DNA of 64,000 nucleotides, taken from the NCBI GenBank assembly GCA_963745075.1, contig CAVUWV010000020.1:128001-192000 (forward strand), read 5' to 3'. How positions within the stretch are numbered: position 1 is the first letter of the stretch; each line of letters begins with the position of its first letter. The DNA is from Candidatus Hydrogenedentota bacterium. Its GTDB lineage: Bacteria > Hydrogenedentota > Hydrogenedentia > Hydrogenedentales > SLHB01. The translations under genes and the position numbers were made by a program. This document shows positions 26,633 through 38,718 of this stretch, in pieces. The notes beneath the pieces were generated by a model. The model had not been told where the DNA came from and did not search any database. It saw only the letters and a list, made by a program, of their open reading frames with translations.

Positions 26633-28693
26633 CTACGCGAAGAGCGGTGCGAGCACCAGTGAAATTACGCACATCAATTTGATGAGGATGTTGATGGACG
26701 GACCAACCGTATCTTTCAAGGGATCGCCGACGGTGTCGCCGACTACGGCAGCCTTGTGGGCCTCGGAGTTTTTGCCGCCGAAATGGCCTTCCTCGATGTA
26801 CTTCTTGGCGTTGTCCATGGCGCCGCCGCTGTTGGCGGTCTGGATGCCCAGCATAACGCCGGTGCAAATCGCGCCGACCAGCATGCCGGCAAGGCCATCC
26901 GCGCCCATGGTAAAGCCGATAATAACGGGGAACACAATGGCCATTCCGCCGGGCAACAACATACCGTTAATAGCGCCTTGGGTGGCGATGTCGACGCAGG
27001 TGGTACTGTCGGGGATGACCCCTTCCTTGCCTTCCTTGAGGCCGGGAATCTCACGGAACTGGCGGCGCACTTCCATGATCATCGTATCGGCACACTTGCC
27101 CACCGCGCGGAACAGCATGGACGAGAACCAGAACGGCATCATGCCGCCAATGAGGATTCCCGCGAGGACATGGGGTTTTGAAAGGGATACCGCGCCTTCG
27201 GTCAGGCCGGCTGCCAACATAAACGCGCTCAGCAGACCGATAGCTGCGAAGGCCGCGCTGCCGATGGCGAAGCCCTTACCGATGGCGGCCGTGGTGTTTC
27301 CGACCGCGTCGAGGTTGTCCGTAATCTTGCGAACCTTCGGATCGAGGTGGCTCATTTCGGCGATACCGCCTGCGTTGTCCGCAATGGGGCCGTAAGAGTC
27401 TACGGCCACCACCATTCCCGTCGTGGCGAGCATGCCGAGGGCCGCGATGGCGACCCCGTACACGCCGCAGAAGTGGTAGGCCAGAATTACGGCTATCGCC
27501 AGCAGGATGATGGGCACTGCGGTGCTTTGCATGCCGACCGCGGTACCGTCGGTCACGGCGATGGCGGGTCCGGTCTGACAGCGTTCGGCCAGTTTCTTCA
27601 CGGGATTGTATTTCGCGGAGGTGAAGTATTCACTGATAAATCCAATCCCCGCGCCGCAGCCGATGCCGAGAATGCACGCGATGAAGGGGCCCCACTTGCC
27701 GTAGGTGACGCCATCCAGCGCAAAGGGCGCACCGTAGAAGTGAACATAAATGGCAGTTCCGGCCACGCTCAGGATCGCGCTGAGGTAGGTGCCGTTCATC
27801 AGCGCGCTCTGAGGGTTGTTCTTGGCGAACGTCTTCACATACAAGACACCGATAATCGATGCGAGGATACCAATCGCCGCCACGGCAAAGGGAAATGCCC
27901 GGACAAATTCGGGCGTCGTGTCCGGATTAGCCAGCATCATGGTGCCGGCAATGGCAAGGCTCGCAATGATGGATTCCACATAGGACTCGAGCAAGTCCGC
28001 CCCGAGACCGGCTACGTCACCGACGTTGTCACCGACGTTATCGGCGATTACGGCGGGGTTACGGGGGTCGTCTTCGGGAATTCCGGCTTCGACTTTACCC
28101 ACGAGGTCGGCGCCCATATCCGCGCCCTTCGTGAAAATGCCGCCGCCGGAGCGGGCGAACAGCGCCACCAACGAAGCGCCCATGGCGTAGCCGTTCACAA
28201 TGACCGGATCTCCGTTGAAGATGAAATACACGATGACCAGGCCCAGCAGCGCTATGCCGACCACGCCCATGCCCATGACCGCGCCGCCGCTGACGGCCAC
28301 GTCAAGCGCACCCTTCACGCCGCCGGATTCGGCTGCGGCCGCGGTACGCGCGTTCGACCGCGTGGCAATGGTCATGCCGAGGAAACCGGCGCAAGTGCTG
28401 GCGATGGCACCCGCCATGAACGCCACCGCCGTCTTCCAACTCAGGCCGAGCGATTGATCGAACACGCCCACGCCCGCCAGGAAAATTGCAATCACGATGA
28501 CGAAAGAGAATACGTACCGGTATTCGCGGTACAAGAACGCCTTGGCGCCTTGCTGGACCAGGCCCGAGATCTTGGCCATGGTCTCGGTGCCCTGCGGCTT
28601 CGAGAGCACGTACTTGGCGAGATAGGCCACAAATGCGAGTGCGGCGAGGCTTGCCACAGCCGATGCGTCTAAGAATCCAAAACTCGTACTCAT
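26633..28693 (-). CDS. hppA: Membrane-bound pyrophosphatase, K+-dependent type (probably Na+-translocating)
   Basis: GGGIFTKGADMGADLVGKVE, EDDPRNP, DNVGDNVGD, DLLESY, GNTTAA (Ala = K+-dependent), GDTVGDPLKD. Confidence 0.95.
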   Translation of the reverse strand: MSTSFGFLDASAVASLAALAFVAYLAKYVLSKPQGTETMAKISGLVQQGAKAFLYREYRYVFSFVIVIAIFLAGVGVFDQSLGLSWKTAVAFMAGAIASTCAGFLGMTIATRSNARTAAAAESGGVKGALDVAVSGGAVMGMGVVGIALLGLVIVYFIFNGDPVIVNGYAMGASLVALFARSGGGIFTKGADMGADLVGKVEAGIPEDDPRNPAVIADNVGDNVGDVAGLGADLLESYVESIIASLAIAGTMMLANPDTTPEFVRAFPFAVAAIGILASIIGVLYVKTFAKNNPQSALMNGTYLSAILSVAGTAIYVHFYGAPFALDGVTYGKWGPFIACILGIGCGAGIGFISEYFTSAKYNPVKKLAERCQTGPAIAVTDGTAVGMQSTAVPIILLAIAVILAYHFCGVYGVAIAALGMLATTGMVVAVDSYGPIADNAGGIAEMSHLDPKVRKITDNLDAVGNTTAAIGKGFAIGSAAFAAIGLLSAFMLAAGLTEGAVSLSKPHVLAGILIGGMMPFWFSSMLFRAVGKCADTMIMEVRRQFREIPGLKEGKEGVIPDSTTCVDIATQGAINGMLLPGGMAIVFPVIIGFTMGADGLAGMLVGAICTGVMLGIQTANSGGAMDNAKKYIEEGHFGGKNSEAHKAAVVGDTVGDPLKDTVGPSINILIKLMCVISLVLAPLFA

Positions 28694-28744
28694 AGCGGAA
28701 ATAACCCCCTGTCGCAGCAGTCGAGCCGGGTCGACTACTGACCG

Positions 28745-29470
28745 TTAAGTCGCTTGGCCGGACTGCCACCGTTTGTTTTCGATGGCCACCCGAGCGGCGT
28801 TCTGTTCTGCTTCCTTTTTGCTGAGCCCGGTACCACGGCCCGCGGGTTCGCTGCGGAGGTAGACTTCGACCTCGAACTCCTTCTTATGGTCGGGCCCTTC
28901 GGACCGGACCACTTCGAATCGGGGGAGCGGAATTCGTTCGGCCTGACATAGATGTTGGAGTCTCGACTTGAAATCCCAGCCGACCTCCGCCTTGGTAGCG
29001 TGTTCAAATTCTTTCTGAAACGTGCGCACCACAAATCCATGCGCCGCTTCCCAGCCTCGGTCGAGATAGACGGCGCCTATCATCGCCTCCAGGCAATCTG
29101 CCAACAATGCCGTCCGTTGACGGCCACCCGCCGACTCTTCGCCTTTGCCGAGTCGTATGGCGGGCGCAATCTCCAAGTCGCGGCCAATCCGGGCGAGGCA
29201 ACGGCGATTCACCAAGCTCGCCCGCATCCGGCTGTACTCCCCGGGAGTGCAGTCCGGCTTGTGCTCGAACAGATAATGCGCCACCGCCAACCCGAGCACT
29301 GCGTCGCCCAGGAACTCCAGCGACTCGTAATCGTAGCCGGGGCCTTCTTGTTCGGCGGTAATCGAGGCGTGAGTCAGCGCCCGGTCCAACAATTCCGCGT
29401 TGTGCACGATGAACCCCAGCCGGTCCATCAAGGTCCGAAGCTGGGCGGCTCGTTCCCCGCTAACCATCAT
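28745..29470 (-). CDS. rnc: Ribonuclease III
   Basis: RALTHAS..YESLEFLGDAVL..LADCLEAMIGAVYLD..DFKSRLQ..GPDHKKEF..SKKEAEQNAA. Confidence 0.95.
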   Translation of the reverse strand: MMVSGERAAQLRTLMDRLGFIVHNAELLDRALTHASITAEQEGPGYDYESLEFLGDAVLGLAVAHYLFEHKPDCTPGEYSRMRASLVNRRCLARIGRDLEIAPAIRLGKGEESAGGRQRTALLADCLEAMIGAVYLDRGWEAAHGFVVRTFQKEFEHATKAEVGWDFKSRLQHLCQAERIPLPRFEVVRSEGPDHKKEFEVEVYLRSEPAGRGTGLSKKEAEQNAARVAIENKRWQSGQAT

Positions 29471-30692
29471 ACCTTTTGAGGATAAGCGACGCATTATGGC
29501 CGCCAAATCCTAACGAGTTTGACATTGCGATTGCAACTTTTCCCTCGCGCGCTTCGTTGGCAATCAGGTTCACGGGACACTCGGGATCGGGGGTGTCGTA
29601 ATTGATCGATGGCGGCAGTACACCGTCTCGAATCGCCAGCATGCAGATGATGGCCTCGAGCGACCCCGCGGCGCCGAGCAAATGGCCCGTCATGGATTTC
29701 GTCGAGCTGACCGGGGGCATGCCTTCGCCGAATACGTTGACCAACGCGAGGGATTCGGCGGAATCGTTGTGCTTGGTGCTCGTTCCGTGGGCGTTAAAAT
29801 AGTCGACCTGAGACGCCTCGATTTGCGCGTCGGTCAAGGCGGCCCGCATGGCGCCCATCGCCCCGGACCCGTCGGGCAGGGGCGCCGTGATGTGGTAGGC
29901 GTCGCAGGTTTCCCCGACGCCGGCGACCACGCCCAGGATGGCCGCGCCGCGCGCTTTCGCGTGTTGTTCGGATTCGAGCACGACGATACCGGCCCCGTCG
30001 CCCATCACGAACCCGTCGCGATCGAGGTCGAAGGGACGGCTCGCGCGCTGTGGCTCGTCGTTGCGGCGGGACATGGCCTTCATGGCGCAAAAGCCCGCCA
30101 TGCCGAAGGGCGTAATCGAGGCTTCGGTGCCGCCGGCCACCATGGCGTCGGCCAACCCGAGACGAATCATGTGGACGGCTTCGCTCATGCTTTGGGCGGA
30201 AGAGGCGCAGGCGGTAACGACCGACTTGTTCGGTCCGCGAAGGCCAAGCCGGATGGCAACCTCGCCGGCAGCAATGTTGGACAACAGTTTCGGGATCGTA
30301 AGCGGGGAGAGTTTCCGGTAACCGCCGCCCAAGAAGGCTTCGTGGCCTTCTTCGAGCGTGGCGATCCCGCCGATGCCGCTGCCAACGACGGTACCGCAGC
30401 GTTCGGGATTCTCACGGTTCAAATCGACGCCGGATTGCGCCCACGCCTGATCGGCCGCCGTGAGCGCGTACAACGTGTAGAGGTCTCGGCGGCGAAGGTC
30501 TTTCGCGGACATATCCGCGGGGACCCCGTCGGGCGACTGCCCGGCAATTTGTGTGGGCAATTCCGAGGGATCGAAGCGGTCGACTCGCCGGATCCCGGAC
30601 TGGCCCGCGCATACGGCTTTCCACATGGTTTCAACGTCGTTGCCCAAGGGCGACACGACGCCCATACCGGTTACTACAACCTTTGTTCGCAT
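29460..30692 (-). CDS. fabF: Beta-ketoacyl-ACP synthase II
   Basis: VVVTGMG, TACASS, SRPFDLDRDGFVMG, DAYHITAP, NAHGTST, TGHLLGAAG, NSLGFGGHN. Confidence 0.95.
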   Translation of the reverse strand: MRTKVVVTGMGVVSPLGNDVETMWKAVCAGQSGIRRVDRFDPSELPTQIAGQSPDGVPADMSAKDLRRRDLYTLYALTAADQAWAQSGVDLNRENPERCGTVVGSGIGGIATLEEGHEAFLGGGYRKLSPLTIPKLLSNIAAGEVAIRLGLRGPNKSVVTACASSAQSMSEAVHMIRLGLADAMVAGGTEASITPFGMAGFCAMKAMSRRNDEPQRASRPFDLDRDGFVMGDGAGIVVLESEQHAKARGAAILGVVAGVGETCDAYHITAPLPDGSGAMGAMRAALTDAQIEASQVDYFNAHGTSTKHNDSAESLALVNVFGEGMPPVSSTKSMTGHLLGAAGSLEAIICMLAIRDGVLPPSINYDTPDPECPVNLIANEAREGKVAIAMSNSLGFGGHNASLILKRYDG

Positions 30693-30861
30693 AGTAGCCC
30701 TTATCCGACTTCCTCAAGCACGCACCGTCAGGTCGGTTGAATCCAGCGTGTGAGAAACCCCGGTTAAACGTTGAACACCCAGCCCGCGCGATTGTGCCAC
30801 GGACTGGGTGTAGCAAGCAATGTTTCTATACGAAGCGCTCGATAGAGCGCGAGACGCTAAG

Positions 30862-31098
30862 CTAAAGCTTCGACTCGATGTATTTCACTGCGTCGCCGAC
30901 CGTCTGAATCTCGTTTGCTTCGTCATCGATGTCGATGTTGTACTCTTCTTCCAATGCCATCAGAAGCTCCGTAAGATCCAACGAATCCGCGCCGAGGTCA
31001 TCGATAAAGCGCGCTTCGAGCGTGACCTCTTCCGGCTTCCGGTCCAACTTCTCGACCACGATTTTTTTGACCGCCTCTGCGACGTTGTTCTCCGCCAT
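30862..31098 (-). CDS. acpP: Acyl carrier protein
   Basis: [43 protein letters not shown]. Confidence 0.96.
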   Translation of the reverse strand: MAENNVAEAVKKIVVEKLDRKPEEVTLEARFIDDLGADSLDLTELLMALEEEYNIDIDDEANEIQTVGDAVKYIESKL

Positions 31099-31310
31099 AC
31101 GATTCACCTCCCTCCGAATTAAGTCGTGTGGATTCCCGGAGCGTCTCAACCAAACCGCCCGCAGGTGGCAGGAGTATAGCAAACCAAAAACCCGAATTAC
31201 CATTTTTCTCCCCCTGCGATTGCGGGTCTCGCGCGGTGGGGCGGTTCATGCTTCATCGGATTGCAGTCGGGGCTTGCGCAGGGACCACGATTTCGGTATG
31301 TTGGTGCGCC

Positions 31311-31898
31311 ATGGGACGCGATATCGTACATTTCAAATGCCATCATTGTAATCATTGTTGCACCGAGGTGGTGTGCTTACCGACGCCGTGGGACGTTGTC
31401 CGCATCGTGAAACAAACGGGAGCCGACCCCTACGAGTTCCTCGAGTTCCTCGCACCGGACGAGATCGGCGAGGTCGCAAAAAGCGACCCTACCTGGCTGA
31501 ATTGCAACGGAAACCGCTTCATTATGGCGCTGCGGCGGGACGAACGGGGCTGCCACTTCCTCGATAAGAGGACGCGGTATTGCTCGATCTACGAAGCACG
31601 CCCAATCTTGTGCCGGTTGTATCCGTTCAAACTGCAGGAAACGCGCAAGGGCAAGTTCAAAGGGTTCACGCTCCATTCGGATGTGGGATGCCCGCGCCAT
31701 CGCGATGGCGAAGTGCCCACCAAGCCACTGTATGACTTGTATGTCGATGACTCAGAACACCAGGAAGACTATGACGACCTGGTCGAGGTGTTCAACCTGG
31801 ACCAGTACCCCGGGAAACGGCCGGAAGATTTCATCGAGATGTTTGTGAAAGGCGCGCGAAAGAAGAAGAGAAGTTCCGGAACGGGTCAAAAGGCCTGA
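31311..31898 (+). CDS. YkgJ-family CxxCxxCC cysteine-cluster protein
   Basis: FKCHHCNHCC..GCHFLD..CSIYEARPILCRLYPF..CP. Confidence 0.85.
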   Translation: MGRDIVHFKCHHCNHCCTEVVCLPTPWDVVRIVKQTGADPYEFLEFLAPDEIGEVAKSDPTWLNCNGNRFIMALRRDERGCHFLDKRTRYCSIYEARPILCRLYPFKLQETRKGKFKGFTLHSDVGCPRHRDGEVPTKPLYDLYVDDSEHQEDYDDLVEVFNLDQYPGKRPEDFIEMFVKGARKKKRSSGTGQKA

Positions 31899-32045
31899 AT
31901 TATGCCGAAAAAGGGCGCATTCGACCTTTAGTTGAACACGCCGGCAGGTTTGGGGGGTATGCGGACCACCCCAGCATGCTGTATCTGGTTTTCGGCAGAA
32001 GCCCAATATATTGAGTAACTTAGGGTGATCGGGACGATTATCGGG

Positions 32046-32074
32046 TTGACTTCGCCATACCGCCGTGCTATAGT
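32046..32074 (+). promoter_or_regulatory. sigma70 promoter upstream of the M23-bactofilin-mnmA genes
   Basis: TTGACT-17-TATAGT with extended -10 TG. Confidence 0.6.
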
Positions 32075-32218
32075 GACGCCGATTCACGGGGAACCCCGAA
32101 CATACATGCGGGGATATATCATCAGCGGACGGAAGATATATCAGCGGTGGGGAGTATTTCCCAAAACCCTCAATGGTGCAGAGTCTTTGTGCCATGAAAA
32201 GCTCGGAGCAATGCCTGC

Positions 32219-33241
32219 ATGAAGCGTTGGACAGTCATGCTAATTCCCCACGATCAGGGGAATACACGTAGTCTCAATCTTTACTCTCTTCAGATTTGGG
32301 TTGTCATTGGCGTTTTCGCGTCCTTGTCGTTTGTTTCTGCGTACGCATACCAGCGGTATGGCGTCGCGCAGGCCAAAGTCGAACGGCTGCAAGTGGAGAA
32401 TCGGGAACTGGGCGTGGCCGCTGCGGCCAAGCCGGAGCCGGTCGACTCGGGTCTGAGCGAAACGCAGAAAGCCGATATCGAACAACGGGTGCGCGATGAA
32501 TACGAAGTGCGCCTGACCGCGATTACGAGCCAGTTGAGCGAGCTGTACGATCTGGAGACGCGGTTCCGGACCATTAACGGACTTCCCCCGAAGTCGAACA
32601 CGCCGGCCGGTTTTGTGGGTGCGACGGAAGAATCGGGAACGGGCGGCGGAAAAGGTGGCGCCCCGGCGACGGGACCAGACTCGGAATTGGAGTCGAGTGA
32701 CGACGCACTGATGCGGCCACCGAGTGTAATCAATGGTGTGTATCGGCCCGGAGCGGACTTGATCGTTCAGGAAATCAACCTTCGCGCCGAGAGTCTGCGC
32801 GAGTATGCGATTGCGAGTGACGCGCGGAAAGACACCATCGAGCGCATGCCGGCGGTGTGGCCGGTGCGCGGGCGCAAGGGAATCGTAACGTCGCGGTACG
32901 GCTACCGCAAGGATCCGTTCACACGGGATTTGAGCTTCCACGACGGATATGACATATCAGCGCCGTATGGTTCACCGATTGTCGCCACCGCGCGCGGCAC
33001 GGTAATCTTTGCGGGTTGGGATAGGTATTTGGGCAATTGCGTCCGTATCGACCACGGGAACGGACTGGTCACGGTGTATGGCCACATGCAGAAATGTCTG
33101 GTCAGTGAAGGCGACAGAGTTTCTCGCGGCGATCAAATTGGTAAACTCGGCAGCACGGGTCGAAGCACGGGAGCCCACGTGCATTACGAAGTCCGCAAAC
33201 GCGGCAAGACCGTGGACCCCGAGAAATACCTGGGATACTAA
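32219..33241 (+). CDS. M23 family peptidoglycan endopeptidase (TM, coiled coil, LytM domain)
   Basis: HDGYD (HxxxD), YGHM, GSTGRSTGAHVHYEV. Confidence 0.92.
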   Translation: MKRWTVMLIPHDQGNTRSLNLYSLQIWVVIGVFASLSFVSAYAYQRYGVAQAKVERLQVENRELGVAAAAKPEPVDSGLSETQKADIEQRVRDEYEVRLTAITSQLSELYDLETRFRTINGLPPKSNTPAGFVGATEESGTGGGKGGAPATGPDSELESSDDALMRPPSVINGVYRPGADLIVQEINLRAESLREYAIASDARKDTIERMPAVWPVRGRKGIVTSRYGYRKDPFTRDLSFHDGYDISAPYGSPIVATARGTVIFAGWDRYLGNCVRIDHGNGLVTVYGHMQKCLVSEGDRVSRGDQIGKLGSTGRSTGAHVHYEVRKRGKTVDPEKYLGY

Positions 33242-33250
33242 CCACACCTT

Positions 33251-33703
33251 ATGCTTGATGCATCGAAGAAACGTTCATTTGGCGACACCAAGGTCGTCAC
33301 CATCATCGGTCAGGGCACTACGGTCATCGGTGAACTGAAATCCAAGGGGACGATCCGAATTGAGGGGGTCGTGTCCGGCCGGGTTCACAGTGACGACACC
33401 ATCGTGGTGCAGGAATCGGGCCGCGTGAAGGCCGACTTGTATGCCGGCCAGATTACGATCAGCGGCGAAGTGGAAGGCAACGTCTTCGCCCAGGATCGCC
33501 TGGAGATTGCCACCAACGGCAAACTGGTGGGCGACATCGTCTCCCCGCGGGTGAGTATCGCCGAGGGGGTCCTGTTTGAAGGCAAGTGCACCATGAAGCC
33601 CCCCGGTCAGGCGGCTTCAAGTCAAGGGGCAGCCCAAGCAGCGCCCGCGCGAGTTGACGGCGGTTCCCAGTCGCAAGGCGGATCCGCGCCGAAAGCCGAG
33701 TAA
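33251..33703 (+). CDS. Bactofilin (polymer-forming cytoskeletal protein)
   Basis: TIIGQGTTVIGEL..IRIEG..ISGEVEGN..LEI..GDI..IAEGVLFEGKCTM; usual M23 neighbour. Confidence 0.9.
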   Translation: MLDASKKRSFGDTKVVTIIGQGTTVIGELKSKGTIRIEGVVSGRVHSDDTIVVQESGRVKADLYAGQITISGEVEGNVFAQDRLEIATNGKLVGDIVSPRVSIAEGVLFEGKCTMKPPGQAASSQGAAQAAPARVDGGSQSQGGSAPKAE

Positions 33704-33708
33704 CTTAG

Positions 33709-34812
<1,104 letters not shown>

Positions 34813-34816
<4 letters not shown>

Positions 34817-37800
34817 CGCGCCACTTCAGCGTGTTTCAGGGGATGGATCATCACCGGCCCTAACAGACCCGATCGCGGCAAGGGTTCAAAACCAATCAGC
34901 CGCGCCATCGCTTGCGGCGTATCGTTCACGCCTTTGCCAAGCCGATCCCGCAATTCCTCGGGTACCGGGGGCGGACCGGTCAATCCCGAAACGCGATTGA
35001 TGAGCGTATTGGTCACTTGCACTTCCAGACGGTTCACACCTTCGCGGACGAGTCGCGTGATATTGAGCTCCTGTCCGCGCATCCATACGACGCCTGCCGC
35101 CTGGTCGTTAAGAGACACTTCCGCGACGTTCCCTACATCACCGAGATCCAGTTGCAATTCGATATCCTCGCGGACGTATTCGGCGGGCAAATCGAAGTCG
35201 AGCGTGTAGATTCCCGTACCGCTGAAGTGGCGTGTGGCGCGGTGCTCCGTCCAGGAGGTAAGCGCCTCCATGGTCTTCTCAACCCTTGAGAAATGCTCGG
35301 ACTCAAGGACAAGGGACCAGGGGCCCGAGATGTGAAATGGCGAAGGCACATCGTCAACCGTCACGCGGTGGACGGCGACGCCACCGAATTGTAGTGCGTA
35401 CAATCCATTTTCGTTGACAGTGAAATGCACATGGTCATCTCCGACTGCCGACACGTCGCATGCGTCCGTATAGGTCACATGATCGACCGGCGCGTCGGCC
35501 TCGAAAACAACGAACGTCGAGGCATAGGGGGCCAGCCGGATGGGCACGGCCGTCACTCCACCGCGGTCGTCGTATACAAGCATCCGCCGGACCAATCCGT
35601 CGTAGGGGTTCCACATCCACGGCATCTTCCCGGTCACGTGGAATGCGACGGGAATATCGACGGCGTGTTCCTGAATGTTGGTGACGAAATAAATGTCGCG
35701 TTCGCCCTCACGACGGTGGACGAAAGTCAGACCCGGGTTGTCCCGCCAGGCCAGCCGCACGAAGTCGATGCCGAAATCGGGCTGACACTCCTTGCGGAGA
35801 ACTTTCAGGAAAGGGTCCAGGACACTGCTCCGCCGGTCGAGCACGTCGGACCGGTCCATCACCGTGTTAAGCTGATAAGTCCGCCCTTGGCCGAATTCAT
35901 GATATCCATTGCCATTGCGGCCGCGCGGGACCTCGAACAGTTCGCCTGCCATTGTGCGCACGGCTTCGTCTTTATGAGCGTAGTCATCGAGGCCGGTCGA
36001 TTGATCCGGCACGCGTTCGAGGGCGATAACCGTTCCTCCCTGCTGGACATACTCTTGAATGCGTTGCAATGATGCCAGGGGCATCGCTTCAATATTGGGA
36101 AGGATAAGAATGCGATAGGCGTTCTCACCTACGCGCAAGCGCTCGCCGTCGAGTGCTGCGGCGTGCTGCAACACGTCATCGTTGATGAGATCGAAGTCGT
36201 AGCCGTTGGCGATGAACAGGCGCCCCACATCGCCCCAATCGAAGTCGCGGGTCCAGCGGCGGGCGTTCAGCACATCTTTGGTCCATTGGTTGGCGAGGGG
36301 AGAATAGATGGCGACGTCGGCGGTGAATGCGCCTTGACGAAGCAGATAGCTGCATCGCGAAACGTAATCGCTCAAATATGGGTAGTACGGCCACCAGACA
36401 TTGTCGGGACTGATGTGGATAGCGGCGTAGAACCCGCGCGTCGGGGCGATGTCGCGTTCGGGAATCCCGGTAAAGCCGTGGTTGTAGATCTTGTTCGCAC
36501 CGGACCGCAGGAAGATGTCGTCGGCGATCTTCAGTTCCTCCAACGTCGCGCGATAAGGGTCCCAATGTTGGTACGTATGCGCTTCCGTCGTGACGATGTT
36601 GCGGCCGTATAGATGCGCGCCGGAGGCCACGTACTTTTTCGGCCCGATCCGCGTGTCGAACCAGGGAACGGCATCTTTCTCGCCGGCCGTGATTTCCATT
36701 TCGGGCACGTCCGCGAGGCCGGCGCCTTGGATGTTATCCGTGACGAATCCGTAGGGCTGGATGCGCGCTTTCACGTTGTGCGCGGCGCACCAACGCAACA
36801 TGGGTTTGAAGAACGCCTCGATACCGGTGTGGTTGAGGAACGCGTTCACGTCGTATCGAATCTTCGGGGAGAGGTTTCCCACGTCCCACCACAGTGCGGG
36901 AAGGTACGGGGTAAGGTCGTAGCCCTTGTATTCGCGGAATGCTTCGAGCAGATGCTGGTTCCAGTAAATCCCGTTGCGGTGGATGGGCACTTCAAAACTG
37001 TCGGAGAACATGGACTCGACCGTTTTGCCGAATTCATCGCCGACCGCCGATTCCAACAGTCCGCCAACGTGGTCGAAGTAGCGCGTCATGGCGGCCTCGT
37101 TGAGGTGGTCCACGACGGTGCCGTCATCTACATAAGTCAGCCAGAAGGCCATGACGCGCCATTGGCCCCGCGGCACATCCCAGCGAAGCGTACGGCCATC
37201 GACGCGGTCCGTCAGAACCGCGAGCGACGACTCGTCGATCCGGTTCCCGTCGAGTAATCCCGCAACCACAGCAACCAAGCGATCGTCGGGGTTAATGTCC
37301 GGGCGCGAACGCCAATCGCGCGGATTCAGCGTGGCTTCCTCCGAGAGCGGTCCTTCAAATGACCGGCCCCCTTCGATATCGAAGGAACTGGCGAGGAGAT
37401 TCTGGTTGCGTTCTTCCTGCGGCACAAAATCGCCGCCAAAGACCCACCCCGGCCCGCCGAAGTTCAAGGAGAACTCCATTCCCAACCGTTTAGCTTCGCT
37501 GACGGCGTGCCGAAGCAGTTCGAGGTACTCGGGTGAGAGATAGGGGTGGTTCCCCTTCTCGTAGACGTCGTCCATGGTGATTTGTTCGACGCCGCCGATG
37601 CCGTGGTCGTGCATTTGTTCGAGCTGCCACGTAATGTCGTCTTTGGACAGGGCATTTCCCATCCACCACCAACGCGTGTGGGGCCAGCACGAGACCGGCG
37701 GATCGGCGAACTGGGATTGCATGGCTGAAGGTGGCTCGGCGGACACGGGTGTGGCGGGGGCGACTGCCAGCACCCAAATGAGAGCTAGTGAGAACTGGAC

Positions 37801-37818
37801 CGTGATTCGTTTGGACAT
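34813..37818 (-). CDS. Secreted glycoside hydrolase, GH106 alpha-L-rhamnosidase-like
   Basis: Signal peptide; [28 protein letters not shown]-terminal FSGTGIY..LDLGDV..VTNTLIN..SGLLGPV. Confidence 0.8.
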
Positions 37819-37855
37819 GGTGGCTCCCCCAAGTGCAAAAGCTCAGTGTAGCACG

Positions 37856-37904
37856 ATGGACGAAATGGACTGTATGGACGAGATGGACATGGAGGAAGAT
37901 GGCC
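37856..37904. repeat. Short 9-bp-period tandem repeat (ATGGACnnn)
   Basis: ATGGAC at 37856, 37865, 37874, 37883 plus degenerate copies, intergenic. Confidence 0.6.
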
Positions 37905-37952
37905 ACGGGCTGAGGGGACCGTGCAGCCCGGTGATTCCATATCGTCCATTCT

Positions 37953-38693
37953 TCACCGGACCGCCAGCCACACGAGCCAGGCAGGGACAATCTGCATGGT
38001 CGCGTTGTCCCAGCCGTGCGGTGTGACGGCTTCGCAGCATGCAGATACGATCCCGATACCCAACGCAACGAGCAAGAGGCGTGGTGAAAGATCGACGCCG
38101 GGCAGGAGCATGAAGCTCAGGACAACGGCCAAGGCCGAGACGATCAGCACGGCGAAGGAGCCTTCCCAACTGCGGGTGCACATGACGCCGCGCAGGGCCG
38201 GTACGCGGTAGGTGTGCTGTCCAAAGCGGGTGCCGATGGGTTCGCCGATTGCGTCGCCGACGCCGGTGACGAGAAATCCAGCCAAGGCAATGGGACCGAA
38301 CCAGATCGCGGAAAGCACGCCGCCTACGAGAGTCGCAAGATATGGCACAACGATATAGTGCGTGCGGTGCGGCGCGTCTTTTTCCCGCGCGATGGCTTCG
38401 TAAAAAGAAGCTCCGGGACCGCGCAGGAGAGCAAAGGCAATCACGACAGTCGTCATCGCACCGAACAGGCATACGGCCCGCGTTCCGACGGCGGCCTGCA
38501 ATAATGCGGCGGAGAAGAATATGCCGAAGTGGAAGACTTTGCGCGTGAATCCGGTGGGCCACCGGGCGCGGCGTTTCAGGTACGCCGCAAGGGCCAAACA
38601 AAAGAGCGCCCAAAGCAGGGCCGGTGGACCGTATATGGCAACCTCGGCCGGCGTGGGCAAATTGTCGATGAAAAATTGGGCCAGCGCCCGCAT
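37953..38693 (-). CDS. Phytol/dolichol kinase-like (CTP_transf_1 superfamily) membrane protein
   Basis: FTRKVFH, GVGDAIGEPIGTRFG, RSWEGS, EAVTPHGWDN. Confidence 0.78.
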   Translation of the reverse strand: MRALAQFFIDNLPTPAEVAIYGPPALLWALFCLALAAYLKRRARWPTGFTRKVFHFGIFFSAALLQAAVGTRAVCLFGAMTTVVIAFALLRGPGASFYEAIAREKDAPHRTHYIVVPYLATLVGGVLSAIWFGPIALAGFLVTGVGDAIGEPIGTRFGQHTYRVPALRGVMCTRSWEGSFAVLIVSALAVVLSFMLLPGVDLSPRLLLVALGIGIVSACCEAVTPHGWDNATMQIVPAWLVWLAVR

Positions 38694-38718
38694 CGCTTAC
38701 GGCCTCTCCGAAAGAACG

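Noticed and set aside
32219..33703. M23 peptidase-bactofilin pair as a novel system
   Set aside because: Well-known conserved cell-shape gene pairing
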